A DNA stretch of 64,000 bases from Octopus vulgaris (Eukaryota), in contig OX597818.1 of NCBI GenBank assembly GCA_951406725.2, positions 144,088,001 through 144,152,000 of the forward strand, in the 5' to 3' direction. Position 1 is the stretch's first letter, and every line of letters starts with the position of its first letter. This document shows, one piece after another, positions 37,461 to 52,424 of this stretch. The translations under genes were made by a program, and so were the position numbers. The notes beneath the pieces are model-generated. The model saw only the letters and a list, made by a program, of their open reading frames with translations, was not told the DNA's origin and did not search any database.

Positions 37461-40400
37461 TTACTGAGCCCATCATCTAGACACCACTTATAAGGATAAT
37501 TCCCAACATAGGCACAAAGTCATATAAATTTGTAAGGAAGAGATACAATTAATTGAACTAATTAACAATTATGTTTTACACATTGAAATAACAAATGTCA
37601 AAAAATCAACTACGACAATAATTAAACTCAAGACAAAGAAATTAATAGCTAAATAGTGTTTGATAATGATAAAAATAATGATACTCTCTTTGACATTTTA
37701 TTACTGATTATTAACAAGACTTGAATAAGACATGAATAATAATTTTTAACATAGGTGCAAAGCTGCAAACTTTGGAAGAATATACAATCAAATCAATAAC
37801 AGTATTTACTAGTATTGTATTTTACTGACCAAGGAAAACAAAGTTGACTTTGACAAAATTGAGCTCAGAATATAAAGCCCTGTAGCTAAAGACCACTTCA
37901 GTGTACAAATATTACGAATAAAAGACCACCTTGGCATACAAATATTATGAATAAATAGAATTAAGATAACAATGTTTCTTACAAGCTCATCTGTGATGGT
38001 TTTCCAGGCAAGAATATGTTAGACTATGACACAGCTTGACTTAGTGACATGTGAAAGGAACAGCTCACAACCTTAACTTGCTAAAAGATTTATTTTGATT
38101 TGAACATGATCGTCACATTTCATCATTATCATCATCGCTTAACATCTGCCTTCCATGCTGACATAGCTGGAATGGTTTGACAGGAGCTGGGCAGACAGAA
38201 GCCTGCACCAGATTCTGCATCTGTTTTGGCAGGATTTTGACAGGTGGATGCCCTTCCTAACACCAACCACTCAGCAAAGTGGACTTAGTGCTTTTTTCGT
38301 GGCACAAGCACAGGCGATGTTCTGGCACCTCATCACCACTACATTTACCTCCCTTTGCTGCACCACTCCAGCAACCCCCTCCCCAGCTTATTATAAAATT
38401 CAAAATAGCCATGAATCTTCTCCACAATAAACTTGTCCTTGACCCAACTTCTTCCATAATAAACTAACTTCTCAACACCTCACATAAAGTGACACTATCG
38501 CCTGTTTTCCCTTTCAGGAAAAGGTGAAGATGCCTTGTAACTTACTTTGCAAATGACAAGGCAACCTCACTTGTGCTGGTGCCAAGAAAAACGCACCCAA
38601 CACATGGTTGATGCCAAGAAGAACTCCCAACTATAGAAACCATACCAAAACCGAGATAGTGAAGCAAGTCATGGTTCTTCAAACTGTTGGATTCTGTTTA
38701 ACTGTCCAATCCATGCCAGCATGAAAAGCAGAAGTAAAAATGATGACAATGGCATTCTTAATGAGTTTACCCTGTGATATTGAAGGGAAGAGGCCTGAAG
38801 AGAAGAAGAAGAAGAAAAAATGAATTTGCTGCTAACTTTTTCTCTCTTTTTCGTTTCAATCTGACCATTTCCCTGTCGAGAAAATCAACTGGTATTCAAT
38901 GCCAACATGTGCATAGCAATGAAAATAATAAAAATAAACTAAAAAACTAAAGGCTGCAATCCCCATAAGCTGTTGTTTTAATACTAAACAGTTATAAATA
39001 TGCATGGTTGTTCAAATAAGATATTGAAAACAAAATCTCGTTTTTCTACTTGGATATTATGCTACCACTATTTCTAAATTGCTTGCCTCAAAATAACTAG
39101 TTACACACACAAAAAAAAGAAGTTACCTCTTCTAAATTAAATATTCATAAAACACCATTGTTTCTTCCTTTCTTGTTTCAAAATGAAACTTTCTGATGTA
39201 ACTCTCATCTAATCCAGATATGTGCCAAAATAACTGAAAACTCAGAGCTCAGATTTCTCTTTGGGTTCAAACTTTATGCAGGGTTGCCATCCACTTATAA
39301 TGTACTACAAAGAATCAATGCTCCAATTTAATTCATATTGTTACATTGGATCTTGTAACTATCTAACCTCTGGATAAATTAACAGTTTGAACTGAGTAAC
39401 AAACTGGACAGAAATTTTTTTTTAACCACCAAATTGTGCACACAGTCTAACATTATATAGCATTAAACCAAATTGAAGTATGATATACAAGTTTGCTTGA
39501 TTGTTATGTCATTCCTGTGGTTGGTCAGCTGGCTTATCAAGCAAACCTAAATTTAGGATATTCAAAATCAAATGGGGGTACTGTTTTTTCATTTCACCTT
39601 TGAGTGGGTGATGTTAGAAATTGCATCCAACAGTAAAACAGCTGCCCCAAAATATTTCTGGAATCCTCTAGTGTATGCTAGTTTGGTAAAACACATAAAA
39701 TTGAAAGTAAAAGAAAAAAAAACTATTATTTTACGGCTTTGATTTAAAGTTTATAGATATCACAAAAATATTAAAAAAGACAAAACATTTATTACACTAT
39801 ATCTCAAGCACTCATCCACTTTCAGTTTAAACCAGACAGACAACCCACATCTTCTGAGAAACTATTTAAATAAAAATCACTCAGATCTATTTTAAAATAA
39901 GATATTGCAGCTGGAAATAATGTATATAGAAAGAAAGGTTTTAAAATATATATATATATATCAAAACAGATCTAAGGCAAAAGAAAACAATAAAAAGATG
40001 TAGAAAAAATATCATTATTATTATTATTATTATTATTATAGCCACTATCATTGCTACAATCATTTTTATTCAGCTTCCAAAAAAAATTTTTTAAGTTACA
40101 TGACACAAAATAAGGAAATTCTGAAGAATGTTGTTACAATTTAAAATATGTATATTTTTCTACATAAACTCACTTTAATAATCTAAAGTACATGTATTTA
40201 CATGCCTACTTGTATATGTGTGTAATGTCAACATTTTTTTAAAACACACATTGCATTTAATTCATCAATCTATTTAGAAGATTCATGCATCAAAAGATTC
40301 TATAAAATTGGAAAATCATTTCAAACATCTATGATTATTTTCCTTCATTACACTTAGGAAGAGTAAGCCGAGTTATCAGAGAGGACAGTGGGAGAGAGAG

Positions 40401-42315
40401 GTGATAAGAAGAAAAAGACAAGAAAAGAAAAAGACAACACTAGGAGTAGAAATGAGGTGAACATATCAGTGCTGATAAGGGACACCTTCCAAGACACACC
40501 AATTAGCAGTCTTTGTCACCACCAATTGGCACATCACAAAACATGCCTACTCTTTACAAAAGCACTCTAAAAATAATTGAGGGAGGAAAAAAATTAACAA
40601 AACAAAACATAAATTAAATTAAGATAAATATAAATGAAAATCTATTTGCAAAGGGAAAGTGAGAAAAATTGGAAGATGCCTCAAGGGGAGAAATATTTAA
40701 AAAGGCTACTAAGTATTAAGGGAAGAACAGAGTAAGAAGTTGAAAAATATAGGTTAAATTAATAGAAATCAAACAAGACTCATTTTGTAAAAGAAGAAAA
40801 GTGTGTTGAAGTCACAGACCAAACCTTTGTTTCAAAGATACCGTTTCCTTGTTTCATTTTTCTTGCCTTTTTCATTTTAAAACAACAGACACCAACTAAA
40901 TTGGCAGCTATTATGATCAATGCTAAGCTGGATTAAGGTGAGACAATGCAGACAGCAAATGAGAAATCAAAGAAACAACAATTTCTTGAAATGAAAACAG
41001 AAACAAAAGAGGCAGATGAATAAATATATCAAGAGATATAATGAATAAATAAATATATAAATAAATCGAGTGAAGAATAATATTCCACCTCAAGGAGAAA
41101 TCAGTAAGACAAAAGACGAAGCGGCGAAAAGGAGGGAAGGAAGATGAAGACAAAGAAGAATAAGGAGATGAAGAAAAAGAAGACAATGATTGGAATTGTT
41201 TTGTTTTTTGTCACATAGGCATATGAAAAAGGGATATTTAAGGGATATGAAAAAGGAAGTTGTGATGTAAATAAGGTAATAGTAATAATAACAATAGGGT
41301 GCTTATCTTTTGGTTATTGCAATATTCTTAAAAAGTGCTAGGGCTTTACAGATGAATTCTAAGGAAAACTAAGAGAAAATGTAAAAGAGGTCTTTAAGTT
41401 AAAACATATTCTACAATGTAGGAATCAATGCAAAGAAGTTTCCTTAACAAACAGCCACAAGAGAATCCACTGTTCTTTTGTTTCATTCTACTGATATGAA
41501 AGACACATTACAACAAAGTCACAGATTTCAACAACCACAACTATTACAGCATTTTTCCACTCTTAATATAACATTCATACTATAAAATTTACTTCCCTTT
41601 CAAACACAGAAATCCATCTTCAACAAGATGTCTATCTCTTTCACATACACTCACTGTTACATGCATATGCACACTTAGGAACATGCAGTACTCATTCACA
41701 CAACAAAATAGAGAGGAGTTAAAACAAAATTACTGGTAGTCGCGGTCTCAAAGCGATGAAAATATTTTGACAAATTAAATTTAAATGTTGAAGTGAATCT
41801 AACGGTTTTGTGTGTTTCTTAAATGGCTTATAAACACCTTCCACGCTGCAATTGTTTTCGTTCCAGCACACGATCTCAGATCAAGTCACTCGCTATGTAA
41901 GTACATCTCCGTAAAACTGGTAATATGTTCTTAGGTAAATACTGTAGAGATCAAAAAGACCCATCCCCCACAGCAGACGTGTTAAGGCTGCTCCACCTGA
42001 TGAAGTGGATTAGCCTGCAAGAGTCTTGTGCCAGTGCCATGTAAAAACCATTCACGCAGGTGCTACATTAAAAGTACCCTGCACACACTGCAAAATGGTT
42101 GGCATTAGGAAGGGCATCTAGCTATATAAACCAAACCAAATCAGACTGGAACCTGGTGCAGTTCTCTGGCTTGCCAGCTCTAGTCACACTGTCAAACCCA
42201 TGCCAGCATGATAAGCAGATATTAAAGGATGATGAAATTCCTTGCTAAAAATCCACCAAACTTTTGGCTACCATGATAAGGTATGCCCAACATAACTGAT
42301 AATCAAACAAGAAAT

Positions 42316-42698
42316 GCAAGTGGTAAGTAGCTTGCTAACCAACCACATGGTTCCGGGTTCAGTCCCACTGCGTGGCATCTTGGGCAAGTGTCTTCTGCTA
42401 TAGCCCCGGGCCGACCAATGCCTTGTGAGTGGATTTGGTAGACGGAAACTGAAAGAAGCCTGTCATATATATGTATATGTATATAAGTGTGTGTGTGTGT
42501 GTATGTGTTTGTCCCCCTAGCATTGCTTGACAACCGATGCTGGTGTGTTTACGTCCCCATCACTTAGCGGTTCGGCAAAAAGAGACCGATAGAATAAGTA
42601 TTGGGCTTACAAAGAATAAGTCCCGGGGTAGTGTTGCTTGACTAAAGGCGGTGCTCCAGCATGGCCGCAGTCAAATGACTGAAACGTAAAAGAGTAAA
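42316..42698 (+). mobile_element. tRNA-derived SINE, second family
   Basis: gtggtaagtagcttgct...ggttccgggttcagtccc (B-box-like), internal (TG)n, 3' ctaaaggcggtgctccagcatggccgcagtc...taaaagagtaaa. Confidence 0.85.
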
Positions 42699-43487
42699 GC
42701 AACTGAATTATAAGGACCCTACAATTATGAACACACATGAAGTTCTTGATTTATAAAAAAAAAATTTCTAATTTATGCCAGCCTTGAAATATGGGATAAC
42801 CATTAACACCAAAGTTCAATGTAATTAGCAATAAAAGCAATGGAAAATAAGTATGCCTCACTAACGAGAAAGCACAGGATGGAGGCAAATATAATAGTTA
42901 TACCATGCTGAAGATATATTGGAGTAAATATAGTTATATCATGTAGCTGATACACCAAAACAAATATAAATATATATGTCATGTTGCAGACATACTGAAA
43001 CTAAGTTACATGGTGTTGTAGACATATCATGACAGATAAAGGTATACCATGTCCATATTACGACCATATGGATATTGAAATGGTGAGGATAACTGTAGTT
43101 CAAGTATATTTAACATACTGCTAAATATAGGCCTCTACAATACAAACCAGACAATGATACTTGACCCTAATAAGCATTTAAATGAGTTTTAACATACTTT
43201 TTTCTTATTTCTTATATCACAGTACATGAATAATAAACATCACTGGTAACAGATTTCCAATGGCCAGTTATAAAGTTACATTTCAAAGAGCACGAGTAGT
43301 AGGAGAATGCCTAACTCAGTATAAAACAAATATCACTAAAGATATATTGTTGGTACTGGTTCTTCAGTCTCCTAACCAATGCTTACACCTTTTGCCAAAA
43401 GATACATACACACACTACACACATGTACTGGTCAATCTAAGGCTTCAATAGAAGACACTTGTCCAAGGTGCCATGCCGTGGGATCGG

Positions 43488-44699
43488 GGATGGGTTAAAC
43501 TACCTGCATCAACTTGCTATAAAAGCAGATAGGAATTTTATCTTGTTCTTATTCTCAGTGCAAGTTTTAAAGAGTGCAGTTCGATTTTAACAGTTATTTT
43601 TCAAAGTTATAATGGAAGTGTCAAAGGAGCATATTCGGCATATTTTGCTTTATCAGTTCAATAAAGGCAACAACGCAACGGAAAGTGCAAGGATTATTAA
43701 TGCAGTATATGGGGATCGGACAATAAGCATAAGCCAGTATCAACAGTGGTTCCAGAAATTCCAAGACTGTAAACTACAGCCTAGAAGACAAGCCTCGTCC
43801 TGGAAGATCTGTAGAGCTCAACAAGGACATCCTGCAAACCCTGGTGGAACAAAATCCCATCGTAAATGTTGAGGAACTAGCAGAGAAGCTTGAATTTATT
43901 CATTTAACCATTCATCAACACCCGCGTGCCATCATAAAAGTTAGCATATTGGGTCAATGGGTTTCTCACAAACTTTCTGAGTCCAATCATGCACAGAGAG
44001 TGGACGTGTGCTCTTCCTGAGAGTGGACATGTGCTCTTCCTTGTAGTCGCATCTCACAAATGAACCTTTTATGGACCGAATAGTGGGTTCTCTATAAAAA
44101 TGTCAAGTGTCAAAAACAGTGGGTAGGGAAAGGAGAAACACCAGCACCCCAGGCTAAAGGTGTTGTTATCTGTTTGGTGGGTATGAAAGGTTTAGTCCAC
44201 TTTGAACTTTTAAACCTAAACCAAATGATAACAAAGGAGATCCACTGCAAACAACTTGAGTGGCTTCAGTCAGTGCTAGAAGCAAAATGACCTTCTTTGG
44301 TTTCAAGACAAAAGGTGTTCTTCCATCAGCATTATGCTTGGCCATATACACCAAGGATGATATTTCAAAGGCTGAAGAAGTTTGAATGGGAAACAATGCC
44401 CCACCCACCATATTCACCGGACATTGCCCCATCTCATTATCATTTATTCCGTAGTCTTCAAAATCATTTGGATGGAAAAAATATATGTAGATGAGGTCAG
44501 AACAGTACTGGAGGAGTATTTTTCATCACAGACAAGTGAATTTTGCAAGAGGGGGCCTTGCAAATCTAGCAGATTTATGGAAGAGCATTGTAGAAAATGA
44601 AGGAGAGTATATTTTAGATTTTAAAAAAAAATTTGTTTATCTTAATTTTGAAAAATAAAAGTATAAAAAAAAGCGCATTATTTATGGGATGACCCAATA
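43488..44699 (+). mobile_element. Decayed mariner (Tc1/mariner DD34D) transposon
   Basis: MEVSKEHIRHILLYQFNKGNNATESAR...WFQKF N-terminus and PHPPYSPDIAPSHYHLFRSLQNHL motif; frameshifted; 3' TIR-like cattatttatgggatgacccaata. Confidence 0.92.
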
Positions 44700-45496
44700 A
44701 ATCACAGGAAATAAAATAAGAGCCCTTACAAGAGAATGCCATAAAAGCAAACTATAACTTGGCTTCAAATGGCACTTTCTCAGAAGTAAGACACACTGTA
44801 TCTCATGATTACATGTACACTAGGCCTTGTCCTACATCTAAACCTCACAGTCACAATCTCACACATTATGACATCATTTTATTTCAGAAAAAAAAACAAT
44901 GAACCTCACAATCTGATATTACCCCAAACCAATAAGCCTAAAGCTATTCACTCTGCACCCACAAATTAATATTAGAACCCTTATTGACCAAAGCATAACT
45001 ACTAACAAAAGAGATTATGGATATCCTTCCCCAACACATGACAATGCAATGATTAAAATGAAGGTGGTGATAATTGCAAGTGAAAAGGTGCAATGGTGAT
45101 CATGAAAAAGATTGCAAGAAATATTTCAAAAGACTATTCTATAATTATAATCCTTGAAACCCATCCTTAAATAGTAATTAATATGCTATCTGAAGTCCTT
45201 CAGTCCTGTTAGAAAAAAAAACACACACGAATAGAAGGCATCATAAATTAAGCATATCAAAAAGATCACAGTCAAGTTTGTAAAATATGTCTGGAATTCC
45301 TTTCTAAGAAATAAAAGAAAACAAAAGCAATAAAACAAAGGATGTTAATTGTATATGGTTTCAAAACATAATTAACAGCTTGTTTCAACATTTCCTCACT
45401 CAAATATAATAAAATAAAAAATGTTTGTATGCATATTGGATATATGCATCAATGGGTCCATTTCCTAATGGCAGAGTGCATGTGTGTGTTTATCCT

Positions 45497-45594
<98 letters not shown>

Positions 45595-45814
45595 ATGTTA
45601 CAATTGAGAAACCAGTCTTCCTAGAAGCATATACTATTAAAAATACTTTATAATGCATTTTTAAATATCTACCATCACTTGACAATTCTTTAGTTTCAGA
45701 ACAACAATAAATAGATCCCTAAGTTGTAAAAAATAACTAAAAATTGAACTTAAATGCCTAAACTATAAAATATGGGAGATATACTATTGATTTTCTCTTC
45801 CTGGTAAGTATTTA

Positions 45815-47030
45815 GCCAAAAGTAAATAACTGTATTTGGCTTGCATCAGCCTGGAGAAAGACTTCGACAGGGTCACTTGCTCCCTCATCTGGTGGTCAGT
45901 GTGGAAGCTAGGAATAGATGAATAGCTAGTGAGAGCCATTCAAGCCAAGTACAAAGGTGCTGTCAGTAAGGTGAAAGTTAACAATGAATACAGCTACAAC
46001 TTTAGTATGCAGGTAGGAGTTCAGCAGAGCTTGGCTTTCAGTCCACCTATTTATGAAAGTCCTCCAGGCCATAACAGAAGAGTTTAAGTACAGTTGTATT
46101 TGGGAGCTCCTCAATGCTGATGATCTTGTTTTTATAGCTGAACCTGTACAAGCATTAGAACAGAAATTCCAGGTGTGAAAGCAAAAGACCTAAGATATTG
46201 TAAGCAAGAAAACACAGTACACTAATCCTTTCTGGAAACAGCATCATTTGACATGTAGAAAAGGTACAAGTAGAAATTCCATATGGTGTACTCAGTGCAA
46301 GCAATGGACACACAAAAGAAACAGTGGATGTAGTGGAATCACAGAATAGGTTGATAGTGAAACTTCCTTTGTGGGAGATGCACATGAGCAATAAACACGA
46401 AGGACACATTTGAAATAGATTTTCTCAACTTTCCAGAAATATCTTTAGAGATAGTAGATAGCTCCTGTTACCTAGGTGACTGAATTAGAAGTGAAGGTGG
46501 AGGTTTAGAAAGTATAGCTTCTAGAAAATGAAGCAGCTGGACACAATTCAGAAAGCTATAATCTCTGTTGGTAACAACAGGCCTCTCTCTCAGGCCGAAA
46601 GGCAGCTAGTATGATGCTTATGAACAAACAACAATGCTACATTGTAGGGAAATATGAGTCAAGAATGCAGGGGATATGCCAAGATTAAAAAAAATTGAAG
46701 CTAGCATGCTTTGCTGGATATGCAAAGCCAGTGTGTGTGTATGGCAAAATGAGAATGTAGTGAGAGAAAAATTAGGGATTGAGAGGCATCAGATGTAATG
46801 CACAAGAGAGAATACTGCACTGGTATAGACATGTGATGCACATGGATGAAAATAGCTGCCAAAAAGAAGTACCAATTGTTAAATATGGATAGAACTTGTA
46901 GAAAAGGGAGACCTAGAAAGACACAGGAGAAAGTAGTGAAGACAACCGTAGCTTATTGAGCTTCATATTAGTTATAACAAAGGACTAATATGATTGGTGA
47001 TTCACTGTGTTTAAGAAGACAATCCATCCC
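45815..47030 (+). pseudogene. Old, decayed RTE LINE RT region
   Basis: Colinear similarity to 50700-51950 (LEKDFDRV, WELLNADDLV, YLGD, LHWYRHV) with many stops. Confidence 0.85.
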
Positions 47031-47528
47031 AGAAAAAAAAATGAGGTTCTAAAACAAATCAATTATGAATATACCTCAATGCCCAATCTGTACCTGTCAA
47101 ACGTTCCTTGTAACTCATCTTCATAACACCTATCTCTCCTCATCCTTCTAACTGCAACACTATTTCTTTAGCTGTTGTAATCGTATGAGAGTAGAACAGC
47201 ATATTTCATCACTACTCTTCTGCTACCAGTTACCTCCTTGGAACCACTTCCCTTGTCACCCATCCTGCATTCAACATCATCCGTTGCCCATCTCCCCTGA
47301 ACACCCTCTCACATCTACCACTGATGTCCCTCCCTTAGTCTTTTCATCACTTGCTACATCCATCTCTACATAACACTGGCCTCCATCTCTGTTAACTGTA
47401 CATCATCTTCTTATTTCCCATCCAGACAGTATTTGGAGAAATACAACAGTAAGTACATGAGGGGAGATAGAGACTAGTTGGTAGTGAAGGTATATATAAC
47501 AGAGCAGTTAAGGGGATGTATATAGACA

Positions 47529-47573
<45 letters not shown>

Positions 47574-47714
47574 TCACATATATTCACAAACATATACAGT
47601 GGTTAGTTGCTTTTCTCTATTCACAAAACATCTTTCTTGGGTCAATTTTTTTTTTATTCATATTTTTTGTGAATAATTAATTGCCACTGCTGTTGGATTT
47701 ACCTTCAATCTAAG

Positions 47715-48878
47715 ATGTCTGGAAAGACGCTGTCTTGTAAAACTGAAGGTAATCGTGCAAAAAGGAACCATAAAGGGAATACACTGGATATTAAACTTGA
47801 TGTTTTAGAAAACTTGATGTGAGAGAAAAACTAAGTTATAGTGCCAAAACATTAAATCTTGCAACATCTACAGTGTGAGCAATGTGTGACAACAGAGAGA
47901 AAATTATGTAAAATGCTCAAGAAGACACTCCAGACCTTATTTTTCTATAGACCTAATGTAATGCTTGGGCCAAGGATCAGAATTGGCATAATGTGCCAAT
48001 AAACATGATGATATTTTTTTTTAAATGCCTAAAGTTTATATGAGGATTTTCAGAAAAAGGAAGGTGAAACTTTTAATGAAAAACCCTCTTATATTAGTAA
48101 AGGTTGGTTTGAAAAGTTTAAGAAGTGTAGGAATTTACCAACATAAAAATCACAGATGAAAAAGCAAGCACTGACACAGAGGCTGCTACTAATTACCATA
48201 AGCAGTTATAATAATAACTGAAGGTAACTACACAAGAGGAAGTATATAATGTTGATGAGACTTCACTTTACTGGAAGCCTACTAGAACTTTAATTTCTCA
48301 ACAAGAAAAATCAGCACCAGGATTTAAAGCTTCCAAAACTTGTCTGATGCTTCTTTTCAAGGAAATATCAGTGGTAATACGAAATTCAAGCTCCTACTCT
48401 TGTATCACTCCAAAAATCCAAGGGCTTTCAAAGGTTATACAAAGTTTAATCTGTCTCTGATTTGGCCTTCAAATAAGAAGGCATGGATGACTAAGAGCCT
48501 TTTCAAAGAGTGATTTACAAATGTTTTTGTCCTACTGTAGTAAAATACAATGCCATACAATATTTCCAGCAAAGCATTACTTCTTATAGACATGCACTGA
48601 GCCACCCAGTGAATGTAGATTACTTCTTTGATACTGCGAGAGTAGAATATATCTCTAAGAATATAACTTCTTTACTCCAGTCAATGGATCGAGGTGAAAT
48701 AGCTAACTTCAAAGACACATTGTTTGAGAAAACTTTCAAACAACTTATGAAAGCAATTGTTAGGAAGAATAAACCTACAGTAAAGATTTTTGGGTGAAAT
48801 TCAACATAATAATTGCTGTGGATAATATAGCTGAGTCATAGAATGAAGTGAAACTTTTAACAATGTTTGGTAAAATAA
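47715..48878 (+). mobile_element. Decayed Tigger/pogo transposase, 5' part
   Basis: Remnants TLDIKL, SKGWFEKFKK, NVDETSLYWK, EKSAPGFKASK, HSKNPRAFK and SNKKAWMT. Confidence 0.85.
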
Positions 48879-48879
48879 A

Positions 48880-51800
48880 TGCGAGTTTTCTTTTCAGGTA
48901 CATGAAGCCAAATGCGAGTTTTCTTTTCTTTTTCTTCTATTCAGATACATGAAGCCACTGTCCCCCGTCGCAGGGTCTTACAGGCCCATACCTCCCACAC
49001 ACTCAGGGTTGGCACACTGAAAGGTAGGTCTAGTGAGATTGTTGAGATGCTTGAACAGAGATGTGTTGATATATGCTGCATCCAAGAAGTAAGGTGGAGA
49101 GGAGGTTCTGCTAGGTTCCTCACAGGCAAAGAACGCAGGTACAAGATTTTCTGGGTAGGGAACACTGACGGGGTTGGGGGCGTTGGTATACTTCTCGCTG
49201 AGATAAGGTAATTGAGGTAGTCAGAGTATGTAACAGAATACTTAAGATTAGATTAGATGCTTCACCATGGGTTAGCAACCATTATATCGGCCTATGCCCC
49301 TCAGCTGAGGCCACCCGATGGACAGAAAGACCGATTCTATGACACCCTACTGCAGACTACCTCGTTGACGAACGACAGGGACCTTTTTGTGGCTGGTGAT
49401 TTCAATGGATGCATACAGTAGGCTTCCATGGCATACATGGAGGCTACGGCTATGGTTCCCGCAACGAGGAGGGAACCAGGCTGCTGGAGTTCTGCGATGC
49501 AAATGATCTTATGGTTTGCAATACTAACTTCAGGAAGCCTACCAGTCACCTAGTCACCTACCGATCGGGCTGACATACTAGCAAAATTGACTACATCCTT
49601 GCCAGAAAAAGGGAAAGATGGCTGCTTATAAAAGCCAAAACCTTCCCAGGTGAAGAATGTACCCCACAACATAGACTGGTAGTTAGTGACTTTAGGATCA
49701 GGACTAAGTGGACGCCCAGAAGATGACCAACATGGAAAGGTAGGGTCTGGAAGCTTAAAGATCTTGCGAATGGACAGAGATTTAGAGACATCTATTTCGT
49801 CAAAGGCTTCGAGTAATATGAGGATTTAGATACACATAGCGTAGAAGACAACTGGAGGTTTCTATAGGACAACCTGCTGAGAGCCACTGACCAGATCTGT
49901 GGATGGTGCAAAGTCCCCTCAAGAGCCAAAATAACATGGTGGTGGAACAATGTTGTAGACAGGGCTATTAGAGAAAAGAGACAGACTTGGAAGGACTGGA
50001 AGAATGGTGGTAGCAGGGAATTGTATCAGACTGCCAAAAGAGAAGCTAGGAGACAGGTTTATTTAGCCAGAGGGGAAGCAGATAAGAAAAAATTTGCCAA
50101 TGCTCTGCGCCGTGAGGACCAAAGACTTGAGATATTTCGTGTTGCAAGACAGTGTGAGAGAGAGAATCATGATGTGGTAGGAGAGAAATATGAGGATGCA
50201 AAGAGAGAGGTTTGGAAACGCCACTATGAAAGGTTGCTGAACAAAGAAAATGAATGGGATAAAGATAGTCTGCCGAATGTCGACCCAACAGAGGGACCAT
50301 CTATCCGAGTTGACAGTTCCTTGGTAGTTAAGGCAATTAGAAGCATGAAGACAGGAAAAGCCCCAGGCTCATCAGGTATTACTGCAGAGATGCTCAAAAT
50401 ATCTGGCAGTGTCGGCTATAGCCTAGTCACCAGTATAGTCAACCAGGTGATACACGAACGAGTCATACCCAATGACCGGTGTAGCAGCATAATAGTCAAC
50501 TGCTACAAAGGTAAAGGTGACGCCCTAGATACAAATAATTACAGAAGTATCAAGCTGTTGGATCAGGTAATGAAGGTCACGGAGAGGGTCATAGCCCAAC
50601 TAATTAGAGAGGGAGTTAGTTCAGATGAGATGCAGTTTGGTTTCGTGCCAGGGAAAAGTACCACTGATGCTATATTCCTGGTAAGACAGCTGCAGGAGAA
50701 ATACCTAGCCAAAGATAAGCCCCTGTACCTGACTTTCGTTGACATGGAGAAAGCCTTCGACAGGGTCCCCAGATCCCTTGTCTGGTGGTCAATGAAGAAA
50801 CTAGGGATAGATGAATGGTTAGTGAGAGCTGTGCGAGCCATGTACAGTGACGCTGCTAGTAAGGTGAGGGTTGGCAACGAGTACAGTGAAGAATTCTGGG
50901 TAGAGGTAGGGGTCCACCAAGGTTCAGTCCTCAGCCCCCTCCTATTTATCATAGTCCTCCAAGCAATAACGGAGGAATTCAAGACAGGATGCCCCTGGGA
51001 GCTCCTCTATGCTGATGACCCTGCTCTAATTGCAGAGTCACTATCAGAACTGGAGGAGAAGTTTCAGGTGTGGAAGCAAGGATTAGAATCGAAGGGCCTT
51101 AGAGTCAACCTAGCTAAAACCAAAGTTCTAATAAGTAGGAAGGTAGACAAATCACAAATGCCTTCAGGTAGATGGCCCTGCTCGATCTGTAGAAAAGGCG
51201 TAGGTAGAATCTCTATAAGATGCACCAAGTGTAAGCAATGGACACATAAGAGGTGCAGCAATGTCAGAGGAAGGCTAACTAGGAAGATAGTTTTTGTATG
51301 TGGCAGATGCTCAGGAGCAATAAACACTGAAAATGCACAGAGACCAACTTCTGCCACATTCCAGGGAGAAAAACTAGAAATTGTTGATAGCTTCCGTTAC
51401 CTAGGTGACCAAGTCAGTAGCGGGGGTGGGTGTGCTGAAAGTGTAACTGCTAGAGTAAGAATAGCTTGGGCAAAGTTCAGAGAACTCTTACCTCTGCTGG
51501 TGACAAAAGGCCTCTCGCTCAGAGTAAAAGGCAGACTGTATGACGCATGTGTATAAACAGCCATGCTACATGGCAGTGAAACATGGGCCGTGACTGCTGA
51601 GGATATGCGTAAGCTCGCAAGAAATGAAGCCAGTATGCTCCGATGGATGTGTAATGTCAGTGTTCATACCCGACAGAGTGTAAGTACCTTGAGAGGAAAG
51701 TTGGACCTAAGGAGCATCAGTTGTGGTGTGCAAGAGAGACATTTGCGCTGGTATGGTCATGTGGCGAGAATGGATGAAGATAGCTGAGTGAAAAAGTGCC

Positions 51801-52424
51801 ACACCCTGGCGGTTGCGGGAACCTGTGGAAGAGGTAGACCAAGGAAAACCTGGGACGAGTTGGTGAAACACAACCTTCGAACTTTTGGTCTCACCGAGGA
51901 AATGATTAGAGACCGAGACCTTTGGAAGTATGCTGTGTGTGAGAAGACCCAGCAGGACAAATGAGACCATAACCCGTGGCCTCTACCTGGGATGTAGCCA
52001 GTCCACTTATGCATACCTTTCCTTCTTGGGACACAAAACTCTACTTGCGAAGACCTGTTGAGGCAAGTGAAAATGAAAATCAAAATCGATCAACATCAAT
52101 GGAAATTGTAGCTGTGATACAAGAGAACCGTCTGAACGTGGCCGTTGCCAGTGCCACCCTGACGGGCCTCCGTGCCGGTGGCACGTAACAAGGACAGTCC
52201 GATCATGGCTGTTTGCCAGCCTCGTCAGGCACCTGTGCCGGTGGCATGTAAAAAGCACCCGCTACACTCTCGGAGTGGTTGGCGTTAGGAAGGGCATCCA
52301 GCTGTAGAAACATTGTCAAATCAGACTGGGCCTGGTGCAGCCTTCTGGCTTCCCAGACCCTAGTTGAACCGTCCAACCCATGCTAACATGGAGAACGGAC
52401 GTTAAACGATGATGATGATGATGA
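48880..52424 (+). mobile_element. Near full-length RTE-clade LINE (APE endonuclease and RT with PHD-like finger), inactivated
   Basis: APE motifs VGTLKGR, ICCIQEVRWRG, AYAPQ, GDFNG and IDYIL. RT ORF 50021-51556 has KAPG, QFGF, FVDMEKAFDRVP, GVHQGSVLSPLLF, LYADD and FRYLG. (gat)n tail; stops and frameshifts present. Confidence 0.95.

Noticed and set aside
45345-45370. Minus-strand FETIYN* resembling the NUDT21 C-terminus
   Set aside because: There is no AG acceptor at the required phase and the match to FNFIYN is partial.
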